Shown: positions 8,867-17,119 of the stretch, one piece after another
Position numbering within the stretch: position 1 is the stretch's first letter
How the letters are laid out: each line of letters starts with the position of its first letter
Origin: Armatimonadota bacterium
Lineage (GTDB): Bacteria > Sysuimicrobiota > Sysuimicrobiia > Sysuimicrobiales > Sysuimicrobiaceae
Direction of reading: 5' to 3'
Length of the DNA stretch: 64,000 nucleotides
Assembly (NCBI GenBank): GCA_025060455.1
Contig: JANXBY010000025.1
Location: forward strand, 4,867 to 68,866
Translations under genes and position numbers: made by a program
The notes under the pieces: generated by a model
What the model saw: only the letters and a program-made list of their open reading frames with translations
The model's database searches: none
What the model was told of the DNA's origin: nothing

Positions 8867-9553
8867 GTGATACCAAGGTCCCAACGCGCCGTGGCGTCCA
8901 CCGCGCTACCCCGCAGCCTGGCCGAGCTGGCCTGGCTGGCGCTGCGGGAGGAAATCCTCACCGGCGAGCTGCCCCCGGGACGGCCCCTGCGGCTGCGCGA
9001 GCTGGCCGCTCGCCTGGGGATGAGCGTCATCCCGGTCCGGGAGGCGTTGCATCGGCTCCACCAGGAGGGCTTGGTGAGCCGCGAGGCCCAAAAGGGCGCC
9101 GTGGTCGCACCCCTCTCGGTGGAGGACATGGAGGACCTGTACCGGGTCCGGATCGAGCTGGAGGGGCTGGCCATCCAGCTGGCGTGCCAACGCTTCAACC
9201 GGGAACACTACCGTCGGCTTTCCGGCCTGCTGGACCAGTTCGTGGAGGCCTACGAAACCGGACAGGCACGGCTGGGCCGGGAGCTGCACCGCCGCTTCCA
9301 CCTCGAGCTGTACGCCCTGGCGGGCTCTCCCACCCTGGACCGCCTGGTCCCCCCGCTCCTCGACGCGGCGGAACGGTACCGGGTGATGTCCGTGGCGGAC
9401 CGCGGCGATCCCCGGCAGCGGCGGCAGGAACACCAGCGCATCCTGGACGCCTGCCTGAGCGGTGACGGCCAGCGGGCGCGCCGGGAGCTGGCCGAGCACC
9501 TGTCCCGCACCGTGGAGGTGGTGCGGGCGAAGTTGCGAGGAGGTGCGTGGTGA
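8867..9553 (+). CDS. GntR family regulator (HTH + FCD domain)
   Basis: LREEILTGELPPG..L....LA.RLGMSVIPVREAL..L..EG; FCD motif HRRFH...EHQRILDA. True start may be 8891. Confidence 0.92.
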   Translation: MIPRSQRAVASTALPRSLAELAWLALREEILTGELPPGRPLRLRELAARLGMSVIPVREALHRLHQEGLVSREAQKGAVVAPLSVEDMEDLYRVRIELEGLAIQLACQRFNREHYRRLSGLLDQFVEAYETGQARLGRELHRRFHLELYALAGSPTLDRLVPPLLDAAERYRVMSVADRGDPRQRRQEHQRILDACLSGDGQRARRELAEHLSRTVEVVRAKLRGGAW

Positions 9554-10443
9554 AGCTGGTCACGTTTGAGGTGGCAGGGCGTTCGAGGGTCGGCGTGGTC
9601 CGGGACGGGTGGGTGGTGAGCGTGGACGTCCCGGATATGCGCACCCTGTTCGAGCTGGGGGAGGAGGGGATGCGCCGGGCCCGGGAAGCCTCGGGGGAGC
9701 GTTTCCCCCTGGAGGCGGTACGACTGCGGGCGCCCATCGTGCCCAAGAAGTTCTTCCACACCGCGGGCAACTTCCGGGAGCACGCGGAGGAAGGGGAGAA
9801 GTCTCAGTGGGTCGCCCCCATCCTCCCGTGGATCGTGTTCTTCCAGAACGTGGACGCCATCATCGGTCCCGAGGATCCCATCATCTACCCGGAGCACCTC
9901 ACCCGGGAGCTGGACTACGAGTTGGAACTGGCGGTGGTGATCCGCAAGAGCGGGAAGCACTTCGGCCCGGAGGAGGCCTGGGATTACGTGGGCGGCTACG
10001 TGATCTTCAACGACATCACCGCCCGGGACATCCAGCGGCGCGAGATGGAGTCGAAGGTGTTCACCTTCTGCAAGTCCATCGACACCTTCTGCCCCCTCGG
10101 CCCGTGGATCGTCACGCCGGACGAGATTCCCGACCCGCACAACCTGCGCATGGAGCTGCGGGTGAACGGGCAGGTGCGCCAGAGTTCCTCCACCTCCCGC
10201 ATGTGGGTGACCATCCCGCAGGTGATCGCCCACTACTCCCCCATGGGCTACTCCGCGGGCGACGTGCTGTCGCTGGGGACGGTTTCCGGGGTGGCCGCGT
10301 TCCGGGAGGACCCGCAGGCGTACTACCTGAAGCCCGGGGACGTGGTGGAGGCGGAGATCGAGGGCATCGGGGTGCTGCGCAACCGCGTGATCTCGTGGCA
10401 GGAGGCGTACGGTCGTCCCGCGCCGCCCCCCGTCCGGTGGTGA
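9547..10443 (+). CDS. Fumarylacetoacetate hydrolase (FAH) family protein
   Basis: GNFREH, LDYELELAVVI, FNDITARDIQ, KSIDTFCPLGP, GDVLSLGT. Confidence 0.92.
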   Translation: MVKLVTFEVAGRSRVGVVRDGWVVSVDVPDMRTLFELGEEGMRRAREASGERFPLEAVRLRAPIVPKKFFHTAGNFREHAEEGEKSQWVAPILPWIVFFQNVDAIIGPEDPIIYPEHLTRELDYELELAVVIRKSGKHFGPEEAWDYVGGYVIFNDITARDIQRREMESKVFTFCKSIDTFCPLGPWIVTPDEIPDPHNLRMELRVNGQVRQSSSTSRMWVTIPQVIAHYSPMGYSAGDVLSLGTVSGVAAFREDPQAYYLKPGDVVEAEIEGIGVLRNRVISWQEAYGRPAPPPVRW

Positions 10444-10451
10444 GGTGAGCC

Positions 10452-11612
10452 GTGTTCTGGGTTGGGACGCTGAACCAAGAAGTGCTTCCGAGGGTGACGC
10501 AGCCGGTGGGGCTGTATGACACCACCCTCCGGGACGGAGAGCAGGCGGTGGGGGTGGTCCTGGGGGCGGACGAGAAGGTGGAGCTGGCGCGGCTGCTGGA
10601 CGAGGTGGGGGTGGACCGCATCGAGGCGGGATTCCCGCGGGTTTCGGAGGAGGACTTTGAGGCGGCGGCACGGATCGGGCGGGTGGGCTTGAGGGCGGAG
10701 GTGTGGGGGTTTGCACGGGCGTTGGTGGCCGACGTGGAGGCGGTGTTGCGGGCGGGGCTGGCGTCCACGGTGGTGGAGGCGCCAGTTTCAGAGGTGAAGC
10801 TGCGGGCGTTCGGGCTGACCGCGGAGGAGGTGCTGCGGCGGGTGGAGGAGGCGGTGGGGTTCGGGGCGCGGCAGGGGATGCGGGTGGCGTTCTTCGCGGT
10901 GGACGGGTCGCGGGCGGACCTGGGGTTTTTGCGGCGGGCGTACGAGGTCGCCCTGGGCGCCGGTGCGGCCGAGCTGGTGGTGGTGGACACGTTGGGGGTG
11001 TTGAGTCCTGCCGCGGCGGGACAGCTGGTTCGGCGAGTGCGGGGGTGGGTGGGGTCGGCGGTCCCTCTGCACTTCCACGGGCACAACGACTTCGGGCTAG
11101 CGACGGCGACGGCGCTGGCAGCGGTGGAGGCCGGGGTACGGTGGGTGCACGGCACGGTGGACGGGATGGGCGAACGGGCTGGCAACGCGGACCTGTTCCA
11201 GGTGGCGCTGGCGCTGGCGGGGCTGTACGGGAAGCCGACGGGGCTCCGGCTGGAGCGGGTCCAGGAGGTGTCGCGGCGGGTGCGGGAGCTGGCCGGGTAC
11301 TGTTTGGAGCCGTGGAAGCCGTTGGTCGGCGAGAACCTGTTCCGGCGGGAGACGGGAGCGGTGGCGGCGCAGTTCCACGTCCCGGAGGCCATCGAGCCGT
11401 ACGCGGCGGAGGTGGTGGGGGCGCGGCGGAGGGTGGTGCTGGGCAAGAAGAGCGGGGTGGCGTCCGTGCGGATCAAGTGTGACGAGCTCGGGCTTGTGGT
11501 GCCCGAGGAGGCGTACGGGGAGCTGCTGGCTCGGGTGAAGGAGCTGGCCATCCGCAAGCGGGGACTGGTCTCCGACGAGGAGTTCCGGACCCTGGTGGCT
11601 GAGGTGGTGTAG
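10452..11612 (+). CDS. Homocitrate/isopropylmalate synthase-like DRE-TIM metallolyase without regulatory domain
   Basis: YDTTLRDGEQ, IEAGFP, HFHGHNDFGLA, GMGERAGNA, LGKKSG. Confidence 0.88.
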   Translation: MFWVGTLNQEVLPRVTQPVGLYDTTLRDGEQAVGVVLGADEKVELARLLDEVGVDRIEAGFPRVSEEDFEAAARIGRVGLRAEVWGFARALVADVEAVLRAGLASTVVEAPVSEVKLRAFGLTAEEVLRRVEEAVGFGARQGMRVAFFAVDGSRADLGFLRRAYEVALGAGAAELVVVDTLGVLSPAAAGQLVRRVRGWVGSAVPLHFHGHNDFGLATATALAAVEAGVRWVHGTVDGMGERAGNADLFQVALALAGLYGKPTGLRLERVQEVSRRVRELAGYCLEPWKPLVGENLFRRETGAVAAQFHVPEAIEPYAAEVVGARRRVVLGKKSGVASVRIKCDELGLVVPEEAYGELLARVKELAIRKRGLVSDEEFRTLVAEVV

Positions 11613-11640
11613 GAGGATCCGGCGAAAGGAGGCGGGGACC

Positions 11641-12636
11641 ATGAGGAGGCTCGGGTGGTTGGTGACGGCGGCGGTGGTTCTGGCTCTGGCCGGAGGGCTG
11701 CAGGCCGCGCCGGCGCGGTGGAAGATCCGCATGGGTTACATACCCGTGGACTCCCACGCCGCGCAGTACATCGCTGCGGAGCGATACCTGCCCCAGGAGG
11801 GCTTCGAGGTGGAGCTCGTGCGGCTCCCGAGCGGGGCGGAGATCCTCTCCCAGGTGGCCATCGGACAGCTGCAGATCGGAGGGGGAGCCCTCGGGGCTGC
11901 GGCCTACAACGCGGTGGCCCAAGGACACCCGGTGAAGTTCGTGGCGCCCCTCCACAGCGGCTTTGTGGAGGACTACTTCACGGTGCGCCGGGCCATCTGG
12001 GGTAGCGAGATCAACCGGATCGCCCAGCTGCGGGGCAAGCCCGTGGCCATCAATGCCCGCGGCGTGGCCACGGAGTACATGCTGGACCGGGCCCTGGCCA
12101 CCGACGGGCTGGCCGTGGAGGACGTGGACCTGAAGACCATGCCGTTCCCCGACATGGTGCCTGCCCTGGAGAGCGGTGCCATCTGGGCCGGCATCGTGTC
12201 CGAGCCCTTCCCCACCATCGCGGAGGACCGCGGGGTGGGCGTGCGGCCCCTCCGCAAGCCCCCGGGAGCGCGGCCGTTCCCCATCACGTTCGTGTTCATC
12301 AACACCGACTGGGCCAGGCAGAACCCGCAGGCGGCCCAGCGGTTCGTGGTGGCCCACGTGAAAGCGGCCCGGGACCTGGCGCTGGACAACGGCTGGAAGC
12401 GGGAGGACAACCTGCAGCTGATGGTCAAGTACACGGGTGCCCGGATCGAGCTGCTGCGCCGGGCCCGCCCGCACTACCTGGATCCCAACCTGGCGGTGAA
12501 CCTGCGGGCTCTGGAGGACCAGCAGAAGTTCTACCTGCGCCGCGGTTACCTCACCTACCGGGAGCCCCTGCCCCTGGAGCGGGTCTTCGACTTTAGCTAC
12601 CTGCACGCGGCCCTCCGGGAGCTGGGCCGCCGGTGA
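11641..12636 (+). CDS. ABC substrate-binding protein, NMT1/SsuA/TauA-like
   Basis: Signal peptide (ALAGGLQA), YIAAERYL..EGFEVELV, QLRGKPVAIN, MPFPDMVPALESG. Confidence 0.82.
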   Translation: MRRLGWLVTAAVVLALAGGLQAAPARWKIRMGYIPVDSHAAQYIAAERYLPQEGFEVELVRLPSGAEILSQVAIGQLQIGGGALGAAAYNAVAQGHPVKFVAPLHSGFVEDYFTVRRAIWGSEINRIAQLRGKPVAINARGVATEYMLDRALATDGLAVEDVDLKTMPFPDMVPALESGAIWAGIVSEPFPTIAEDRGVGVRPLRKPPGARPFPITFVFINTDWARQNPQAAQRFVVAHVKAARDLALDNGWKREDNLQLMVKYTGARIELLRRARPHYLDPNLAVNLRALEDQQKFYLRRGYLTYREPLPLERVFDFSYLHAALRELGRR

Positions 12637-12640
12637 AGGG

Positions 12641-13411
12641 ATGGCCGGACGGTTGGAAGGGCGCTTCGCGCTGGTGACGGGGGCGGGCCGGGGCCTCGGC
12701 AGCGCCATCGCTCTGGGCCTGGCCCGGGAGGGCGCGCACGTGGCGGTGCACTACCGACGGTCCGCAGATGGGGCCGAGGCGGTGGCGAGGACCATCCGGG
12801 AGATGGGCCGGGAGAGCTTCACGGTCCAGGGAGACATCGCCCGCTGGGACGACGTGCGGCGGGTGGCCGACGAGGTGTTCGGACGGTTCGGCCGGCTGGA
12901 CGTGTTGGTGAACAACGCGGGGGATATGGCCGCGGACCAGATGTCGTGGCGGGACCTGCGGGAGGAGGTGCTCGACCGCATCCTCCTGGTGGACGTGAAG
13001 GGCACGCAGCTCATGATCCACGAGGTGGGTTCGCGGATGTTGGAGCAGGGGTCGGGTGCCATCGTAAACATCGGGTCCCGCGTGGTGGTCACCGGGAGCC
13101 CCAGGGCGCCCCAGTACGCGGCGGCCAAGTACGCCATCATCGGGCTGACGAAGTCCTACGCGCGGGCCTTCGCCCCCGCGGTACGGGTGAACGCGGTGGG
13201 GCCTGGGTTCATCGAGACCGAGGCCACCCTGCAGCGCGAGGACTGGCGTACGGGCCGGCGGGAAGAGATCTTGAGCCAGACGCCCCTGCGGCGGATCGCC
13301 ACGCCGGACGACGTAGTCCCGGCGGTGGCGTTCCTGGCTAGCGACGACGCACGCCACATCACCGGTGCGTTCCTCCTGTGCGACGGCGGGATGAGCATGG
13401 TGGGCGCGTAG
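12641..13411 (+). CDS. Short-chain dehydrogenase/reductase (classical SDR)
   Basis: TGAGRGLG, LVNNAG, IVNIGS, YAAAK catalytic YxxxK, VRVNAVGPG. Confidence 0.94.
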   Translation: MAGRLEGRFALVTGAGRGLGSAIALGLAREGAHVAVHYRRSADGAEAVARTIREMGRESFTVQGDIARWDDVRRVADEVFGRFGRLDVLVNNAGDMAADQMSWRDLREEVLDRILLVDVKGTQLMIHEVGSRMLEQGSGAIVNIGSRVVVTGSPRAPQYAAAKYAIIGLTKSYARAFAPAVRVNAVGPGFIETEATLQREDWRTGRREEILSQTPLRRIATPDDVVPAVAFLASDDARHITGAFLLCDGGMSMVGA

Positions 13412-13557
13412 ACGCACCCGGGTCCGCCCGCGCGCCGGCAGGCCCGGGCGGGCCGCAGCGGGCCTGGGTCCGTGGCGTCCGGGACGGCACCATCCTAAGG
13501 TAGGGGCTCAGCCAGGGAGCGCCCGGCAGGGTGTGGCGGGCGTAAGAGGCGACGCCC

Positions 13558-13840
13558 TTAAGCGGTCCACGGGCACCGTTGCCATACAGTCCCCGTGCAG
13601 GTGGGGCTCCGTACTGAGACCGGTGGAGCCCACAAAGCCCACCAGGGTACCGGCGTGCACCGCCTGGCCGGACGCGAACGTGGGCCAGGTGGAGCTAGGA
13701 ACTGAACACGCCCGCTCCGTGGTCCACGATCACCGTGTTGCCGCCAAGGGGGAGCTGCTCCGGCAACACCGACGCCCCGTTGGGCCGCGCGCACCGGGGT
13801 GCCCGCGACCGCCGCGGTGGCTACAAACCCCGCCATGCGC
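13558..13840 (-). pseudogene. Degraded M23 family peptidase (murein endopeptidase) remnant
   Basis: Minus-strand pieces in different frames: GTPVRAAQRGV / LPLGGNTVIVDHGAGVFSS*LHL / GQAVHAGTLVGFVGSTGLSTEPHLH; in-frame TAG at 13695-13697. Confidence 0.85.
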
Positions 13841-14000
13841 CCAGCAAGTGGCATCGAGGACCCTGCCACGGAAGCCGGCGTAGCTCCGGGCCCCTCAGAA
13901 CACCCCTTCACCGCGTCCTCCCTCCTGGCGGCCGCACGAGCCGGATCCCAGCACCTGTGTCACGCTCCGCCCGTTCCCAGTAGGGCCGCGGGGCGCGCGT

Positions 14001-14903
14001 GTGGCAACATGGAACCCAGTTGTGGTGACCGGGGAGCTTTTCGGACTGCTGGCAGCAGCAGCCTTTGCCCTGGCCACGGTGCTTTCGCGCCGCTTCATGG
14101 TGGGGCCGAAGCCCGTGGCGCCGGAGGCCGGCGTGTTTGTGAGCATCGTCACCAACGTGGTCGTGTTTTCCCTTTTGGCCGCGCTGGAAGCAGGCCGCGG
14201 TTCCTCCCCGCCGCTCACGGGCCGGTCCCTCTTGTACTTCGTCCTGGGAGGGCTGTGTGGGACGGTAGCCGGGCGGAACCTGTCCTACCAGAGCGTGCTC
14301 CGGATCGGGCCGTCCCGGTCCACGGCCATCCGGCTGTCCAACACGCTGTTTGCAGCCCTCATCGGGCTTGCGGTCCTGCGGGAGCTGCCCCGACCAGGCC
14401 AGCTGGCCGGCGCGGTGCTCATCACGGTGGGGCTGTGGCTCGTGCTGCGGGAGCGGGCGTCCGGACCTGAGGGCCGCCCAGACCCCGCGGGCGCGCTGCT
14501 GGCCGTCGGCGGAGCCGTTGGGTTCGCCCTGGGCGACACCTTCCGGAGAGCAGGCCTCCAGATCACCCCGGCACCGTTTCTGGGGGCCGCCGTGGGTGCG
14601 TGCACCGCCCTGCTGGTGCAGACCGGCTGGCTGGCCCTGCGGCACCGTCCGGCGGGGTGGGACCGGCCGTGGAGGTTGGACGTCCTGGCAAGCGCCATTG
14701 CCAATACCGCGGCCATCCTCCTCCTGTTCCTCGGGCTCCAGCGCAGTCCGGTGGCCAACGTGGCGGTGCTGTACAACCTACAGGTGCTGCTCGTGATCCT
14801 CCTGAGCCGTTGGATGCTGCGGGGAGACGAGCGGGTGGGTGCAGGGCTGGTGGTGGGAAGCGTGGTGTGCGTGGTGGGCACCGCGGCGGTGCTGTTTGGG
14901 TAG
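14001..14903 (+). CDS. DMT/EamA family transporter
   Basis: About 10 hydrophobic segments in two EamA repeats (YQSVLRIGPSRST; FLGLQRSPVANVA). Start may be 14022/14025. Confidence 0.88.
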   Translation: MATWNPVVVTGELFGLLAAAAFALATVLSRRFMVGPKPVAPEAGVFVSIVTNVVVFSLLAALEAGRGSSPPLTGRSLLYFVLGGLCGTVAGRNLSYQSVLRIGPSRSTAIRLSNTLFAALIGLAVLRELPRPGQLAGAVLITVGLWLVLRERASGPEGRPDPAGALLAVGGAVGFALGDTFRRAGLQITPAPFLGAAVGACTALLVQTGWLALRHRPAGWDRPWRLDVLASAIANTAAILLLFLGLQRSPVANVAVLYNLQVLLVILLSRWMLRGDERVGAGLVVGSVVCVVGTAAVLFG

Positions 14904-15125
14904 GAGTCCCGGTGGGCGTGCGTTGGGCGGCCGTCACACACCCGCGCTTCTCTAGCGACGTGCGACGCCTGCTGTGGGCTGGCTGGCGTCCGGGGCGCTC
15001 ACGTTGGGGCCCGTGCCGGTGGGGCTTCCTCTGTGCCTGGGCCTTGCGGTGGACGTACGGCCGCCCGTGGAGGCGCTTGGGGAGCGGGCTAGCCTGGGCG
15101 TGGCAACCTCGATGTTGCGGACCCT

Positions 15126-15160
15126 TGTTAAAATGTGAATGGTTCTCATTGCCATGAGAA
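15126..15160 (+). promoter_or_regulatory. Extended -10 promoter overlapped by a Fur/Per-type box
   Basis: TG-T-TAAAAT (15126-15134). AATGGTTCTCATT (15138-15150) has reverse complement AATGAGAACCATT, 11/13 to the Fur core AATGATAATCATT. Inverted repeat TTCTCAT-N4-ATGAGAA spans the start codon. Confidence 0.62.
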
Positions 15161-15531
15161 TGACCAGGCAGCGCCAGCAGATCCTGGCCGTGCTCGCGGC
15201 CAAGCGCACCCACCCGAGTGCGGAGGAGGTGCTCGCGGAGGTCCGGCGGGTCCTGCCGAGGGTGAGCCTGGGGTCGGTGTACCGGAATCTGCGGCTGCTC
15301 CGGGAGGCGGGCCTGGTGCGGGAGATCGTGACGTCCGAGGGGCGGCGCTACGATGCGGTCACCTCTCCCCACCCCCACTTCGTCTGCGAACGGTGCAGCC
15401 GGGTATACGACCTCGCGGAACCTGTAGCCGCGGAGGCCCTGCAGCAGGCGCTGCCAGAGGGGTTCGCGGTGAGCCAGATCCACCTGGAGTTGAGGGGGAC
15501 GTGCTCGGAATGCGGAAGCCAGGCCTCGTGA
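15154..15531 (+). CDS. Fur family regulator, PerR-like
   Basis: MTRQRQQIL, THPSAEEV, SLGSVYRNL, RYD...HPHFVCERC..VYD, CSEC; the H/D/H/H/D PerR-type ligand set and two CxxC motifs are present. Confidence 0.9.
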   Translation: MRMTRQRQQILAVLAAKRTHPSAEEVLAEVRRVLPRVSLGSVYRNLRLLREAGLVREIVTSEGRRYDAVTSPHPHFVCERCSRVYDLAEPVAAEALQQALPEGFAVSQIHLELRGTCSECGSQAS

Positions 15532-15911
15532 ACTCTTCCCGGACGGAGGACTACCTTCGCGCGGTGCTCCACCTGCGCACGCAGGGGCGGGTCACCCTAA
15601 CCGCCCTGGCCCGCTACCTAGGGGTGTCGGTGGCGTCGGTGCACGAGATGGTGGAGCGGCTGGGCCGCGCGGGGTTGGTGACGTACTCGCGGGACCAGGG
15701 TGTGCGGCTCACGCCGGAGGGCAGCCGGCTCGCCTTCGGCAAGGAGCGGCGGTACCGCCTGTGTCAGCGATTCCTGCAGGATGTGCTCGGCATGGACCCG
15801 CAGACCGCGGAGCGGGAGGCGGTGCGGTTCGAGCAGGGGATGACCCAGCTGGTCGAACAGCAGATCATCCGGTTGTTCGCGCACAGCCGCGCCTCGGGGG
15901 TCGAGGGGTGA
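15528..15911 (+). CDS. DtxR/MntR family regulator with degenerate metal ligands, no FeoA domain
   Basis: TEDYLRAV, LGVSVASVHEMVERL HTH, VRLTPEG, RFLQDVLG; GTGA overlap with the fur gene. Confidence 0.85.
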   Translation: MNSSRTEDYLRAVLHLRTQGRVTLTALARYLGVSVASVHEMVERLGRAGLVTYSRDQGVRLTPEGSRLAFGKERRYRLCQRFLQDVLGMDPQTAEREAVRFEQGMTQLVEQQIIRLFAHSRASGVEG

Positions 15912-16303
15912 GGCGGTTTCTGTCGTACGAGGAGGCCAGTGCCCACCTGCCCGCGGTGCGGGAAGCGGTGCTGGAGCTGCGCCGGCTGCGCGAGCGTCTG
16001 GTGCTGCTGCGCGCCGCCCTGGAGCAGGCCGGCCCGGCGGACCGCTCCCGGCTGGAGCAGCAGGCCGAAGAGATCCTGGCGCGCATGTCCGAGGCCGTCC
16101 GCCGCATCGAGCAAGCCGGCGGGGAGCTGAAGGACCTGGATTTGGGACTGGTGGACTTCCTCACCTTACGGGCGGGCCAACCCGCGTACTACTGCTGGCG
16201 GCTGGGGGAGCCGGAGATCCGCTACTGGCACGGGCTGGACGAAGGTTTCGCAGGCCGCAAGCCCATCGACCCTGACGGGTGGACGGGCCTGCCCGTGGCC
16301 TGA
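15908..16303 (+). CDS. DUF2203 family protein
   Basis: F.YEEA..HLP.VR, GGELKDLDLGLVDF, YYCWRLGEPEIRYWH...EGFAGRKP; GTGA overlap. Confidence 0.85.
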   Translation: MRRFLSYEEASAHLPAVREAVLELRRLRERLVLLRAALEQAGPADRSRLEQQAEEILARMSEAVRRIEQAGGELKDLDLGLVDFLTLRAGQPAYYCWRLGEPEIRYWHGLDEGFAGRKPIDPDGWTGLPVA

Positions 16304-16390
16304 CGCCGCGCCCGCCTCCGTTCTGTACTGGGATCTATACTGGAGCTGGAGGCGTGCCGGCTGCGGCCGCTGCCGACGCTTCCACACTCC

Positions 16391-17017
16391 ATGGCAGAGG
16401 GGGTGATCCCCGTGAGGCAGGCGGTGAGCTCCCACAACCCTCTCGTCCTGATCCTCGCCCTGGTTACCGCCGCCGGCGTTGCCGGTGCCGTCTATCTGTA
16501 CTACGTGGCCACGGGACGGGAGACCGCGGAGCTGCGCAAGTCCTTCGGTGCCCTGTTCTTCGCCCTCGGCGTGTTCTCCCTGGGGGGCTTCGTGCAGCTC
16601 CTTTGGTCGGACTGGGCCGGTTTCCCGGTGGGGCACTACTCCGAACTGTTCGGGACCAGCACCGGCCTGTTCTCCCTGATGCTCATCCTGGCCGGCTTCT
16701 ACCTGTACACGGGGCTGGACCTGCGGATGGTGGCCTGGCCCGCGGCGCTGCTGGGCCTGTTCCTGCTCCAGGGCGCTCGGGCGGTGCTGGACTTCAAACT
16801 GACCCGCAACCCGACCGTGACCTTCGTCCTGTGGCTGTCCGCGGGGCTTGCCAGCGTGGGGATGTTGCCCTACGCGTACAGCCAGCAGGGGGCGCGGCGG
16901 ACTCTGGCGTACTTGGGCGTGGTGGTGCTCGCGCTCATGGCCCTGGCGGCCCTGATCACCGGTGTGAACGCCTTCTACGGTCACATCGCGGAGGTGGTGC
17001 GGCAGCAGGCGCGGTGA
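16391..17017 (+). CDS. Multi-pass membrane protein, DUF981-like
   Basis: About 6 TM helices; W..FP.GHYSELFG resembles the DUF981 conserved loop. Confidence 0.55.
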   Translation: MAEGVIPVRQAVSSHNPLVLILALVTAAGVAGAVYLYYVATGRETAELRKSFGALFFALGVFSLGGFVQLLWSDWAGFPVGHYSELFGTSTGLFSLMLILAGFYLYTGLDLRMVAWPAALLGLFLLQGARAVLDFKLTRNPTVTFVLWLSAGLASVGMLPYAYSQQGARRTLAYLGVVVLALMALAALITGVNAFYGHIAEVVRQQAR

Positions 17018-17046
17018 GTGGCGGCGGTGAACGAAGACATGGCTGG

Positions 17047-17087
17047 GCGGCCCCGCGCCCGGGTGGGCAGCCCCGGCGCGGGGCCGC
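17047..17087. repeat. Perfect 13-bp inverted repeat (stable hairpin) upstream of lpdA
   Basis: GCGGCCCCGCGCC (17047-17059) / GGCGCGGGGCCGC (17075-17087); no U-tract. Confidence 0.7.
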
Positions 17088-17119
17088 ACCGTGAAGGGAG
17101 TTCCCAACGGGAGGACCGC

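Noticed and set aside
13420-13470. GC-rich inverted repeats after the SDR gene as an intrinsic terminator
   Set aside because: Imperfect stems and no U-tract.
14904-15137. Hydrophobic-looking reading frame between eamA and the fur gene
   Set aside because: No credible start, RBS or recognisable family motif.
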